A DNA stretch of 58,945 nt, filler included, from Sphacelaria rigidula (taxonomy: Eukaryota): the NCBI GenBank assembly GCA_964200075.2. It is 9 parts of 9 records of this genome, joined end to end, with 100 filler letters (N's around TTAATTAATTAA, not from the genome) between each part and the next. Parts side by side here need not be neighbours in the genome. Positions count along the whole stretch, not along the records: positions 32,806 to 39,265 come from CAXNAA020019943.1; positions 39,366 to 45,825 come from CAXNAA020019944.1; positions 45,926 to 52,385 come from CAXNAA020019945.1; 6 more parts are not named here. One strand, 5' to 3'. Positions 37,020 to 50,000 of this stretch are shown in pieces (position 1 is the stretch's first letter; each line of letters starts with the position of its first letter). The notes below the pieces were generated by a model. It ran no database searches, was not told the DNA's origin, and saw nothing but the letters and a program-made list of their open reading frames with translations. A program made the position numbers and the translations under genes.

Positions 37020-37241
37020 TAGCTGTGAGAAAGCCACATCAACTCTCCGATTCTCTGGACGTTCACTTTTGGTCATCACTTTTTTGCTCAAATCGGGATA
37101 CTCCCGCGTCTCCCCCGATTTTTTCCCCATTAAAAAAAAAACTGGGGGAGATGCGGGAGTGTCCCGATTTGAGCAGAAAGGTGATGTATCAAAAGTTAAC
37201 GCCCAGAGAATCGCAGAGTTGATGTGGTTTTCTCACAGCTA
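37020..37241. mobile_element. Foldback MITE with ~100-bp arms and TA flanks (Tc1/mariner-like)
   Basis: TA-GCTGTGAGAAAGCCACATCAACTCT ... AGAGTTGATGTGGTTTTCTCACAGC-TA. Arms pair almost to the centre. Confidence 0.75.
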
Positions 37242-37845
37242 GCCGTAAAACATTGCCCATCGGACACGAGTCCGAAAAAGCAATCCACGGGATAAACTCG
37301 CCTGTAGACGGACCGAAATCGTCATGTTTATACAAATCAAGATTCGTTACCATAAAAGATGGTCTAAGTAGTGTCGCGCGAATCACGAACCCAAAACATC
37401 CACGAGTCACAAACTTGTGTACCTATCGTATGATTTACTCAAAATAATGTTGAATACGGGTCGAAGCACTATTTTTCGTCCGAACCGTGTATTACTATTG
37501 CATCCACGAGCAACGGGTCAAAAAAAGTAGAAATTCTCCACACAAAGTGATGTTTTCCCGCTTCTCCCTGGTCCATACTATTCCACCGGGCGCCCAGGGG
37601 GGGTGTTTTTCCCTCGAATCGCATCATGTTCATTCGACGCATGATGTGTCAGGCCCACGAGTCCAGCTGCGGGCGGTGAAGACTTGCAATATGAAAAGGG
37701 CACATGCTGGTCAACGAATATCCAGTGGGACGTATACCGATGCAGAGTGCAGTGACTCGAGAGAGCAGCATCGTAGTAATGACAAAAATACATCTCGGGT
37801 GGCGACGGCAACTGACCGCCCCTCAAGAATTGGGGACAAAAGACA

Positions 37846-37876
<31 letters not shown>

Positions 37877-40800
37877 CATCGACCTAGGGAGCACGCTCAC
37901 AACAACGTTATTGGCAGTTACCGTGTATGGGGCGCTCTGTTCTCAACCCACGGTCTCATTGTTTTGGACGTCGCACGCTGTATCGAGGTTCGTTCATCTC
38001 TAGTGTGACACTGCTAGTTTTTCGTAGGCATCCTGATAGCTTCTCGGTACAGGTTTCGCGATTTAGATAGCTGCCTTGTCTGTGCATCACACCCCCGAAC
38101 ATAAGCGCCTGTACTAGTCAATGTACATACGTATGGTCAACGGTATCCGAAGGACGAAATGCACCAGCAAGGAGCGGCGTACACTGAGGACCGGGGAAGG
38201 TTAGGCCTAGATACGAGCCATCTCACAAACAGAGCGGAACTCCAGACTGTTGCCCGTAAAAGGCGGGCGTGATGGGGTGCGATGCGCAGCGGCAATTCTA
38301 GACGTGCGGTTTCGCGGAGGAAAAGTGTTGTCGAGCCAGCGGTACGTCGCTGGAACCCCACATAGGCTGTAACGGCAGATCTTCATGTTGTCTAAATGAA
38401 CTTCAAAACGTGGCTCTTTTGGGCAACGATTCAGTTGAACTCAGTCCTTTACCTCCACCCCGTTCCCAACATATCTCGAACTGAGATAAGGAGCGCTCTG
38501 CTCTGTTAGCCGTTTGACCGCGAGCAGAGGTAATATGTTGAATCAGCATCAATTTCACTCAAAGAATAACCGGATGACCGGATGCAATACCCTCGCGGTC
38601 GAATGGTTTCGCAACCTTTCGACAATTATCCATCATCACGTCCGTAAGAGCGCTCTCACTGACCAACTGGGCTGTGTGCACCTGCGATCCAAAGCCCTGT
38701 TCCGTAGCTTCTTCCCCAAACAAGAATCTGATCTTCGATGTTTTTTTTTTTTTAGGGAAGAGGATATTTTCGTAGCAGGTCTCCATCGCTTTTGCTTCCT
38801 TTAGCCAGCCGCGGCCCTCTTCATCACATGAGCCAGTCGCGGTCACCAGAGGTTCGCTAGAGACGGGCAGTTGAGAAACATATTGATATCCTCCAGGTGA
38901 CATGGCTTTTTCGGGAAAAAAACAAACAAAACAAACGAATCAAGTTTTATGGAGAAGAGTGCCAATAACGAAACCACGAAAAAATAAAATGGAAAACGCA
39001 ATCACATACTTTCTCTGTGCCATATGTAAAGTCCGTTATTATCACACGGACCGTTAATCGCGTCCAACGCCGTAGGCGATATTTTTTTGAAATATTCAGG
39101 GGTTTTCCAAGGGTCTGTCAAAAAGATTTTTCGGGACACGTAGGCCCCAAAATCGAAAATTCGAGTTTTTGAGGGGGGGGGGGGGGGGCGTACCCATTTT
39201 TTGCTTCCCTTAGCCGGTTGACCATGGACCACCCACCCCTTTCGGGATGGCGCCCCGTACCGGGGNNNNNNNNNNNNNNNNNNNNNNNNNNNNNNNNNNN
39301 NNNNNNNNNTTAATTAATTAANNNNNNNNNNNNNNNNNNNNNNNNNNNNNNNNNNNNNNNNNNNNAGAGTAGTGTTTGTGCGTAAACACACTGCACAGCA
39401 TTCCCAGCAGCGATGAACTATTCACGGGGCGACGGAACGCTGTGATGCACACTCATTCATGACCACTGTAGGGAAACCCTGTGCAGCGTCCTGTGCTACG
39501 CTAAACACTGTACAGTAAAATTCCCGCCAGAAACACTGCGCAGGGTATGTAAACCCTGTAGACCCCCTCCACAGGGTGCTGTCTGTCCACGTGTGCGTCT
39601 GCGCAGTGTTGGTCACACCAACAGACTACACCGACTTCGCAACACCTGTGAAAGCTGGACACTTTGATTTTCATGAGCTGTATGCACATGATAAAAACGG
39701 TTCTGAAAACCTGAGGGAAGTTGTCCGCTTCAGGTCCAGTTGAACATCAGAAGAAACTGTTCAACAGCAAAACGAAACTTTTCGGGCATCGGCGTCGAAC
39801 ACTGCTCGAACAACGGAACATATTTCGACAAGTTACCGTTCGTATTAGAAAACCATGCGCTTGGAACACTTTGCAGCTTGATGGACACAGATTTTGATGG
39901 AAATAAACTTCTTAGGACCCCCATGTGTGTTTCACCCGCCTGTAAAAGTCGTTCCTTGTTCAGCGATGCCTGGCTGCGGGACAGGGAAGCCATGCTCTCT
40001 AAGGTTTTGGGAACCGTTTCATCATGCGCATACAGCTCATGAAAATCAAACTGTCCAGCTTTCATAGGTGCTGCGAAATCGGTGTAGTCTGTTGGTGTGA
40101 CCAACACAGCGCAGACGGGAGGTAGCTATGATCCGGTTTGCCTGGCGTACTGCCGACAACGTCGCGTGAAATCCACAAGACCCTTGCTGTCGGCGGTTGA
40201 TGGCGTGGGTCTCGAATGCAATGACATGCGGTTGATCGTAGAGCACTCTCGTCTCTCCTTTCGAGTTGTGATAATCCATGACGTTCTGACATCGGAATAA
40301 TTATTACTTGTGGGAAGCTACTCGTGCTGTACCGAGCTGTCCACGCGACCACCGTATGTGTGCTGCAGATTGCCCATGCGCCACGCTAGCAACAATCTTC
40401 CCTGCAATGGAGAAATGCGACTTCAACCTCATTTTATGTTTCAACCCCAAAAATTAGGATCGGGTGTTATTGGATGAAACGCGGTCCCGTGCGTGTCAAA
40501 TAGCAACCGAAAACGTGCTGTTGCTGACTGTTTTTATGATTGTATGCCGTTCTTGCTCTTCTTCAATGAGGACGTCTGTCTGTTCTGTCCATTTTCCATT
40601 CAATTCCAATGTAAAAAAATATAGGAAAATTAGAGGCGCGATGCGAAGCAGAGCAATCTATGAAAAATCACACACCCGAACGATGAAACGCACATCCGGC
40701 ATCCCCCGCCAACACAGCGAGTGTCCGTCAACTAATCTTGTTGAAACTCATGACGTTTTCGAGAGATTGGGAGTGGAGTGTTGATGGAGAGTGGGTTTGA

Positions 40801-41394
40801 ACGTTGATTAAGAGTGGGTTTGATCCTTGTCTTTGCCTAGACCGTTTTTTCATGGGCAATATACAAGAAAGGGTTACGCATTTTGCGCTCTGGGGCGCGG
40901 CGCTGCACGTGAGCTGAACACCTCGAAAACAAGTTCTAGCGCCTCAGCCTCACGCCCAAGATCCCTGGGCAGCGTGTCCAACCATTTTTTTTAGTTTCAC
41001 GAGTGTTACTAGGCTGTACCACGGTGCTGAAAATGAGAGCCTGTAAGAGTACCCCTTGTTTGTAAACAAACCGGGAGGGTACAGGCTGGGTCAGCTAACA
41101 GTGATTTTCGAATGTTTTTTGGCGATGCTGTCGGTAATTCGAAGACTTAGGCGCTAAATGTTTGATACAACATTTTTAACATCACTACGCACAACATTTT
41201 TGGGGATGCAAAGAAAAAAACTGGAAGTTGGAGCGATTTGAGCTTCTGCAAAAAGTAGAATGCCATAACTCCGTGGGAAAAAAAATACGGATGCATCCCC
41301 AGAAATGTTGTGCGCCATTGTGTATAGGAAATCCTGATGCGATTTCGGCCATTTTTTTTCAGAAATTTGGCATAGCTTACAATTTTTTAATTTC

Positions 41395-41472
41395 TCGTGT
41401 GGCACCCGGTGGTCAAACTGGTCAAACTGCCTCTCATTACAGAGGTGACGAGTTCGAATCCCGACACGACCA
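41395..41472 (+). pseudogene. tRNA-like sequence (degenerate tRNA or SINE head)
   Basis: A-box-like TGGTCAAACTGG, B-box GAGTTCGAATCC, stem CCTCT/AGAGG, terminal TCGTGT/ACACGA pairing, then CCA and a T-run. Spacing is non-canonical. Confidence 0.4.
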
Positions 41473-42055
41473 TTTTGTTTTTGCGCATAATTTCGCATAG
41501 CGCCTTGCATCTGGGGGGTGTAAAGCGCAGTTGGAGGTAGTGCTTCTCCCTCTCACGGTGGTGAATGACCGTCGGCTGGGAGATACTCTCCCATGATCGA
41601 GCTGTTGATAACTTTGATGCCATCTTGCATCTCCAACCATAAGTCAAGTTTACCAAATCAGCTCGACTTGAGCATATCGCTGTGAACTGCAGACCAACCT
41701 GGTAATGCACAGCACCGCCGCTGGTCGATTGGCAGCACTACGTCATACAAATTTGGATTTCGATGACAGAAATGTTGGGGTCCTGGGTGAAAAAACATTT
41801 TTGGGGTCCGATGAAACTATACTTCGAAGATTTGGTGTGGATACGGATTTTTTTAGTTCTCTGGGTTTTCATCACCAAGAAATAATCCATCCCCAATTTG
41901 TGGAATCCCGTGTTGTACACCCTGCCCTCTGCTGAAAAAAAAGATCTCAGCCTCTTCTGCTCACCTGTTGACCCTTTTTTGTGAAGTGGTGAGCGTACAG
42001 CCGGCTCAGCAGAAGATATACTGAGCAGTCACAACAATTAGCCAGTTTCGCTTAA

Positions 42056-43298
42056 ATGACACTCCCACCAAAAAATGCCGAAACCTAACGACCAAGAGAG
42101 TGTAGCCCCCTGCTAGTTGGCTCGAGGACCCGGAAGATCCAACGATGCATACAGGGCGCTTGTGTACTGGAGCTTACAAAGATCCAACGAACATGTATGA
42201 ACATCTTGCCGAAACACACGCCCGCACGGCGGTACGTGGTGACATGTCAGACCGTTGCGGGATCTGCAATTTGCGGCTCGGAGACGATGATTACAGTGGA
42301 TTTTCGAAAATGGGGTTGAAAAGAAAAATTAGGTTCAACTCAAAAGCCGTGCTTTCCCTGACCTAAATTCATGGCAAATGACTTTTATATGGACGATTCT
42401 ATCCCTCCCGATCCCCCTTAAACTATTTCGGGGGATTTCTGGCCTTCCGTTCCCCCAGAGGGTATGTGCGAAAGCACGATATTTGGGCCAAAACAACTCT
42501 TTTTTCAACTAAAAATCGAGACAAAAATGTGCTTTCGCAATACCCTTTGGGGGAACGAAAGGCCAGCAATCCCCCGAAATAGTTTGAGGGGGGTCGGGAA
42601 GGATGAGGTCGTCCGTGTGAAAGGCATTTGTCATGAACTTAGGTCAGGGAAAGCACGGCTTTTGAGTTGAACCTCATATTTGTTTCAACCCCATTTTCGA
42701 GAATCCACTACTGGATGGACATCGACCGGATTCCGGATTGGAGGGAGAGTGCCTGACTCCGATGATGTAAACTGTAGTTTTTTTCAAAATTTGATGACAT
42801 TTTACCTAGCAGTGAAACCTGTAAAATAATTATGAACTTTAACCGATGAAAAATATATACTCGGGTCTATAATATCTTTAAATTGAGTTCTATTTATTGT
42901 TCATACCAGATTAATTCGAGGGTCCAACTCGTGAAAATGAGATGGGAATGGGCCTGCGAACTATACAAGTCCGCTTCGAGGCCAGCCCATGAATGCAGCA
43001 GCGAGGATCGGAGTAGAACATTCGATTGTACAGCCAACTCCATCTGATTCAGGCGTTTTAACTCCAATCCGGAATCCGGTCGGTGCCCATCTTTGTCTCC
43101 GAGCCGCAAATAGCAGATCCCGCAACGGTCTGACATGTCACCACGTACATGTTCATACATGTTCGTTGGATCTTTGTAAGCTCCAGTACACAAGCGCCCT
43201 GTATGCATCGTTGGATCTTTCGGGTCCTCGAGCCAACTAGCAGGGGGCTACACTCTCTTGGTCGTTGGGTTTCGGCCTTTTTCGGTTAGAGTGTAATT
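42056..43298. mobile_element. Non-autonomous element with ~250-bp TIRs, left arm interrupted by a nested MITE
   Basis: 42056-42290 plus 42714-42742 is the reverse complement of about 43062-43298 (e.g. GACCAAGAGAGTGTAGCCCCCTGCTAGTTGGCTCGAGGACCC). Confidence 0.8.
42294..42709. mobile_element. Palindromic MITE with ~185-bp arms (TA-CAGT start, Tc1/pogo-like)
   Basis: CAGTGGATTTTCGAAAATGGGGTTGAAA ... TTTCAACCCCATTTTCGAGAATCCACT, with arms complementary to near the centre. Confidence 0.8.
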
Positions 43299-46200
43299 CC
43301 AATTTTCAAATTGATTGTTATCTCAGGCCATTTCAGATTCGACAATGGATTTCTATGACAGCAAACTGTCTCGTTTTTTTCAGAATATATTTTCAGAAAC
43401 AATCAGAACTTCTAAAAAAACAAGCGGAGCTTTTGAAAAACAAGCAGAGCTTTTCGAAATAATAAGAAGAACTTTTTGAAAAACTGCCCAAAACGTGACC
43501 CCATTATATGGAGTACAGAGTACTACACTGGACACAACACAGCAATTCTGCAGTGTGTTTTTACAACCTGAACACGGACTGTATACAGTATGCATCAGCT
43601 GCTTTCTCTTGTTGCAAAATTAATAATGTCCAGCTGCTGCTGCTACATTACTACGGAAGCACACGCCCCCGAGGCTCCACCCCGCGTTTACCGTCATTGC
43701 GAACAAAACAAGACATGAACACGAAGCGCAGCAGTCGTGGGCGCCACAAATCAACGTTACTATAGTGAAACGTGTGCCTGAACCGACACCACCACAATTT
43801 TGGCGTTTCTTTTTTTTGGCGAAAACTTGGGCATCTAATTTTGTGACAGGGTCTACCGACTGAGCTGCGTGTTGGGGTGGGCGATCGAATTGCATACTCA
43901 TTCATGGGCAGAAGAGGCGGTGAACAACTGCTCGTGGTTCATATCTGCTTCGCTGCTGGTATCATTTTCAGTGGCGTTTAGAGAGGGATATTTGTCAGAT
44001 GAAAGAGAAAGTCCGCCGTCCGACAGCAGGTCACGCCGGGCGACTTCTGCGCTGGAACGGTTTTCACAAATCAGCACCATGTAGTTCACGAACTCGCCCT
44101 CCGCCACTCGGGGATAAAGGGTACTCGTTCATGTCCCTATTGTTTTTTACAGAAACCAAACAATGCCATCACCAGCAGTAGCCACGCGTGGGAGACACAC
44201 TCCACGTGCACAGCTCCCACAGAGAGATGCGCACAGCCATATCTCCTAGAACTCCGCCGGGTAAGCAAGCATGGTCCCATCGGCGGGTAGTACGTACCCA
44301 GCGCTGTCCAGCACGGTGGCTATCACTCGCAAGGTGCGTGGGTGTTGTCGCACGATCGAAACGCGGACCGTCTACCATGAAGAGCAGCAGCAGCACCACC
44401 AGCACCACCAGCATCGATATCGGCTGATTCAGGACCACCTCCAGCCGCGTACATTTACTGGCAATAAATATGTCAGGTGATCGGAATTTTCCCCTGTTTT
44501 GTTTATCGCCTGACTTTTCCTCTCACGCATTACACTTGCAACCTTGCACTTCTGTACTCTGTGCTTGCAGAGTACAGCCTGTACTCGGATAGGGTAGGTG
44601 AACAACACGCACATAGTTCACATGAACACAGCTACACACATAGAGAACATGCTCAGCGGGCAGGGTATACTTGTAACTTTGTACTTCTGCATATCCGAGT
44701 AAAGGCTGTACTCTGCAAGCACAGGCAGTACAGGAGTGCAAGGTTGCAAGTGTGATGCGTGACAGGGCCGCGTGCTTAGAAGTCCGCATCGTGGTTCGAA
44801 ACACCTCAGGGTCGACGTTTTCCAAAACCGAACAAGGTTAAGATTACAAGTATACCCCGCCCGCTGAGCATGTTCTCTATGTCTGTAGCTATGTTCATGT
44901 CAACTATGTGCGTGCTGTTCACCTGCCCGCTGAGCATCACACGTGCTCGTCTATGCGCGGGCGGGTTTGTACAAGTGGCGCTCTCAATATAAAAAACTTA
45001 GCTCTCGAAATGCTCGTATATAACCGTCGCAGACTGAAAAACGTGGGCTCCCGAGTTGAAGAAATCGACGCAGGATCGGTCATAATAACAGGCGGGGGTG
45101 CATTCTTCTTTTTATCGTTGGCGGTGGATACACTTTTTGCCTGCGCAAACACCGTAGGGCGTTGAAATGCAGCAAGGATGTGCGTGCTGGACGCTGCCTT
45201 ATTACATAGCATTTTCAGTACGAGTACAACATCACGTATCAATTGTTTCCCCCTGTATGCTTTTTCTTTGTTTTTGACCAAACTTTCATTTCCAATAACA
45301 AGCGGCTAAGTCAAGGGTCTGTCGAGAGAAAAACATCGGACACGGAGCCCGCCCCCGCCCCCCTCCCGGAGGGCAGTTTTTCGAAAATTGTCGTGATTTT
45401 TTAGATTTTCTTTTTTGTGTTTTTTTTGTAATTTTTATTGAAAATGTTGAAAGAAACTGATCAACAGACACTAACAAAACCAATAATTCTGGTGTGCTTT
45501 GCGAGGGTCGTATATTCGCTTCTGCTCCTTGCCCGCCCTGTCCCGATGACCTCGGATGCCGGCAACGCTCACACACATCTATGTACAATACACAAGCGCG
45601 CGGTAGCGACAGCCTGCAGCCAAAGCAGTAGCAACATTATCTCACGCCACGCCGAATTTGCCCGGACTACTAGTGGTGGATAGTCGAGGCACACGACACG
45701 AAACATGATCCCATAGATGTAATCATGGTACGTGATGAGCTTGGAGGAACGGTGTGCCCGTAATCTCAGCGGTCTCCATGCCAAGGATCTCTGTACACGG
45801 CAGCTGACCGCATTGGCCAACGCCTNNNNNNNNNNNNNNNNNNNNNNNNNNNNNNNNNNNNNNNNNNNNTTAATTAATTAANNNNNNNNNNNNNNNNNNN
45901 NNNNNNNNNNNNNNNNNNNNNNNNNTTTATTTTGTGGTATCGCCACTTCCAGAGACAGCCACGGCTTTTTACACTGCCTCATGGGTGTCTCGAGAGAGGG
46001 GGGGAAGACAAAAAAGGGTACATCCCCTTTTTGGACAACCTGCCCAAGTGCCTCATTTTGCAACACAACAATCTAATTTCGGGGTAGTGTCTGTTTGGAT
46101 TTTCCGCATAGCGATGTACAACTCGGCATAGGAAACGAGTGTAGTTTTGGCTACGAGAGCTCTGCAAACTGGTCGTGGCATCAACGCTGTTGACCGCGAA

Positions 46201-46827
46201 GCTTGTGGGACTTTTACTGCAAGGAGGCATGCGTACAGCAGAAACCAAGTCACAATAAGTGCTCCCAATGACACCCCTGGGTCACCAACGACTGCTTCTC
46301 CGCCAAAAAGGGTTTCGAACTTGTTGTTGTGTTGCTACTCTACCATTCCGTCGAAATGTGCTTATATTCAACACACGATTTTACAAATTGAGGATGGACT
46401 TTTTTTCGAGTATGAACCTTGGGAACCTTAACCTTAACAAAGCATCGGAATACTTTCGTAAGGAAACGCAAATGCACTACAGTATCCGACCGTGATGTGG
46501 GGTCCCGTTCATTCTTGAGAACAAAACCCATCCGGAATTTGTGACATCTTGTATTAGCAGGGGATTCTGACAAAATATGAACAGTTATTTTGTACGGGAA
46601 TGAACGGAGGTCGAAATTGTTCGGTATAAACACGGGATTGTAGAAATTGCCGGTGGATTATTTTGAGGATTAGCGAGGTCACACATCACGCCCAAAGAAT
46701 GCACTTCCACTTTTAGTTTCGAGATTATTTCGATGCCCATGAAGGTGCCCAAGGGTTCATCCTAAAACAAATCCATTCTCGACTTGTTGAAAACAAAAAA
46801 AACGTGTTCCATGATGGAAATTTGTGA

Positions 46828-47198
46828 CCGGTCGCCCCGGTGGCTCAGTTGGTAACCTCGAAACCTTGTGACGATTGGTGGATTCAAATCTCGGAGCGAT
46901 CTGGAATTTTTTCTCATACAAGAATATTCAACGGTGGGGAGCGACTATGTCGTAGGTACAGAAAATTCGACTCAATGGTCGGCGAGGAAAAAGGACTGCT
47001 GAACCCCTCTCGCGATAAAGAAATAAAAAAGGCAAGCACCGCACAAGGAAGGTGGGGTACTAAAAACAAAACAAAACAAAACAAAATCTCCCGCGTTGGC
47101 CTCCCTCCTGTGTGACCCCGGCTGGCGCACCCCTATATACCGAAAGGTGTAGACCGGCGTCCAGAATAAATGGGACGACAACACACAACACACACACA
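46828..47198 (+). mobile_element. tRNA-derived SINE, copy 1
   Basis: A-box TGGCTCAGTTGG, B-box GGATTCAAATCT, conserved body, 3' end GGGACGACAACACACAACACAC. Homologous to 51868-52210. Confidence 0.75.
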
Positions 47199-48957
47199 AT
47201 TTGACACCGTACTATTTCCGTCTATTTGCACGTATCGTCAGCCTGACCTTGTCGCCCTTGCATGCACCGACAGCCTCGGCAAAGGTCTTCTCTACGACGT
47301 CCCGAGACTTGGCCGCGTTGAACCCTCGTAGGTCGTGCATAAATGCCGAAAACTGTGTTGATTGGTACGGGACACAGGTCGGGGAGGGGGCATCTGAGAC
47401 CCGACTGCGGGGCTCGCTCTCATAGAGAAAAACCGCCGAAAACTAGCGTGTTGATCGTGACCTTTGCACAAATAGTTGTGAAAACTCGAGAGATGAGAGA
47501 TTATTTCCGTAGTGAACCGTGCATCTGTGGCGTAAAGGTAAAGACAAAAAAAATTGCTACAAACCAAACCATTTTGTTTTTGTTATACTGCTTGAAGCAC
47601 ATTCCATACATGCCGGTTGGATTATCTTCCTTATGTTGTTCTTGAGGGAGTTGGAGCCGTGACTCGCAGGCGTGACAGATGTTCTCGTGTCTTGTTGGTC
47701 AGCAGAAACGCAGAAGAAAAATCTAGACGCTTCCAGAATAGGAATTATTCTTACTCCACGCTACCTTCGAAACGACAGTGTCAAAGTGAAAACGGGTCAT
47801 GACCAAATAACACCTGGCGAATTCCAGTATTGCCTTGCCTCTATCAGTAGTGATTCACATCTCATTTTCGGTCCGGATATGGATCACGGCAGCCCAGTTT
47901 CAAACGGGCCACACTCAGTCCGAGGGTAGACGCTTGCCGCTGGGAGTGAGAGTGCTATGACCGACAAGTTTTACCGTCCTGTCCGGAGAAACCGTGTCTA
48001 ACGCGTGCATTCGGTTTGAATTGTGATTAGTTGTGAATATGTATCGGCCGTGGCCGCTTCGGGAGAACATTACACCCGACAAAACTCCGCCAGTAGGTCT
48101 TTGGTGTATCGCAACAAGAAACTCGATTAGTTTCCCTGCGCCTGCAAGTGATGCCACCGTATGGGTGAACGCTTGGGGCCAAAACTTGTCTGAGGCTGCA
48201 CACTAGGCACATATATTTGTCATCGAGAGACTCCTGCAACAAAGAGCCTCACAACCAAAAAATGCAACGCTACCGTGGCATTGCTCCTTCGTCATCCACC
48301 ACATGTAGGAGAATCGAGTGCGGCGCCAGAGCAGAAAGTGATCTCAACCCTCCGGAGTACGCTCGTGCTTACCTCCATGAGGTCCAGCTCGCCAGTCGTT
48401 ACCGAGGACCCGACGCTTGCGTAGTGCTTGAATATTTCCACGACGGTGACATGATGAGCGAGCATCGTGTCCCTCACCAGAGACTGCTCTTCCAGATCTT
48501 CCGTAATCCTGCCCGCCGTTGATCGCGAGATAGTGTGCAATAGGTATTGACGGTGATTCTTGTTAAAACAAAATCAAGAAAAAGTTGTCCGTCGTATGAA
48601 ATAAAACAGTGTTCAGGTAGCAGCATCTCATGTACAACAGGATGCTAATTATCCCCCTTATTCAATGTACCGCTTCTCCTGTAACAGTTGCACGGAGAAG
48701 GTATTTCGGGAGTGTCAAACATGGATTCCATGTGACCGGCCAGGCGTGAATCAAGCAAGTATACATGTGTATATATATATATGTGCGTATGTTTGCCCTT
48801 TCCCAAGGATGGAAAACAAATGAATGCAGCGTTCCCGCTTCTGCAGAGGGTCCTCAGCTCGAATCCAACCCAGGGGCGGAGATGAAGGCTGACGTGCGGG
48901 TGGCAGACCTCCAACCCCGGGCTGGCTGCCGGTCTCCTACGACGTGAGCCCCAGCTA

Positions 48958-49728
48958 TTGTATTGATTGATCGATTGATTGATTGATTGATTGATTATCA
49001 CACATTATTAGCTGATTGCAACAATCCAGCCCGTGGTCAGGAGCAGCAAAAAAAAACAGAATAATAAAAGAAAGAAAAAAAAGAAGGAAAAAGGAAAGGA
49101 GCAGAGAAAGACCGAAGCAACGGCCTCAGGAAGGAAAGAAGAAAGGGAGCACCCCGCACCATAACGATAACCCATGTCTCATGATTGCTTCAACACACGC
49201 GCTGTAGACCGGGAAAAGAGAAACATCAGCACGGATTTGTGCTCACTTGTCAATGGGCTGGCGTATGGGATGGCAAAGGTTAGCCCAGTCGCGATCGAAT
49301 GCGGCCTCAACTTTTCCCGGGCTGTAAAGCTGCGACGCCAGCACACAGCGCATCTCCGCCCCCTTTTGGGCCGCTACATCTTTCGCCCTCTGTAGCTCCT
49401 CGCGTTTCTGGCGCTCACGGCCCTCCCTCATCAATCTGCCGTGGCAGTTTTGTCAAAGACCCAGGAGACATATATTTCGAGGATGGGGTCAAGGCTAGTG
49501 TTCGGTATTTGTCGTGTTTAGCTCTCGAGAACGCATACCAAGCATGAGCGGAGGGGAAATATCTACGTAGAGTGGAGGGTAGATTTGCCCGGTTTCGCTC
49601 TTTGGTGAGGGTGCCGTACATGGTTGAGCAAATGTTGATGAAGGAACATGTATGAAGCGGGGTACAAGGTGAAAGAAATTGAAGTCAGGCAGAACTAAGA
49701 AGACCAGCAAGGGTACACCTTTGCCGTG

Positions 49729-49768
<40 letters not shown>

Positions 49769-50000
49769 CAAACTTAAATGGATAGCCCGGACAATGAGCC
49801 AGAACCCACCGTCGGTTGGGTTTGCCTTCTGCCCCACTTCCACCGCCCTCATCCCATGATTCCCTCATGTAGCTGCCTTGCTGAAGCATGTACCTGTATT
49901 CGTCTTCAACAAGCTCCTCCCGCTCCTTCGCATCTCCATCACCAACACTAAAAGCGATGAACATCCAACGATCACGCTGCGATTTCCCCACGTGGTTCAC
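48958..50000 (-). mobile_element. Possible decayed non-LTR retrotransposon 3' end with (ATCA)n tail
   Basis: Broken minus-strand frames at 49170-50000, then a pyrimidine-rich stretch and an (ATCA)n microsatellite at about 48958-48998. No diagnostic domain recognised. Confidence 0.3.

Noticed and set aside
43898..44438. Short minus-strand ORFs, one with a hydrophobic stretch
   Set aside because: No consistent splice model or homology recognised.
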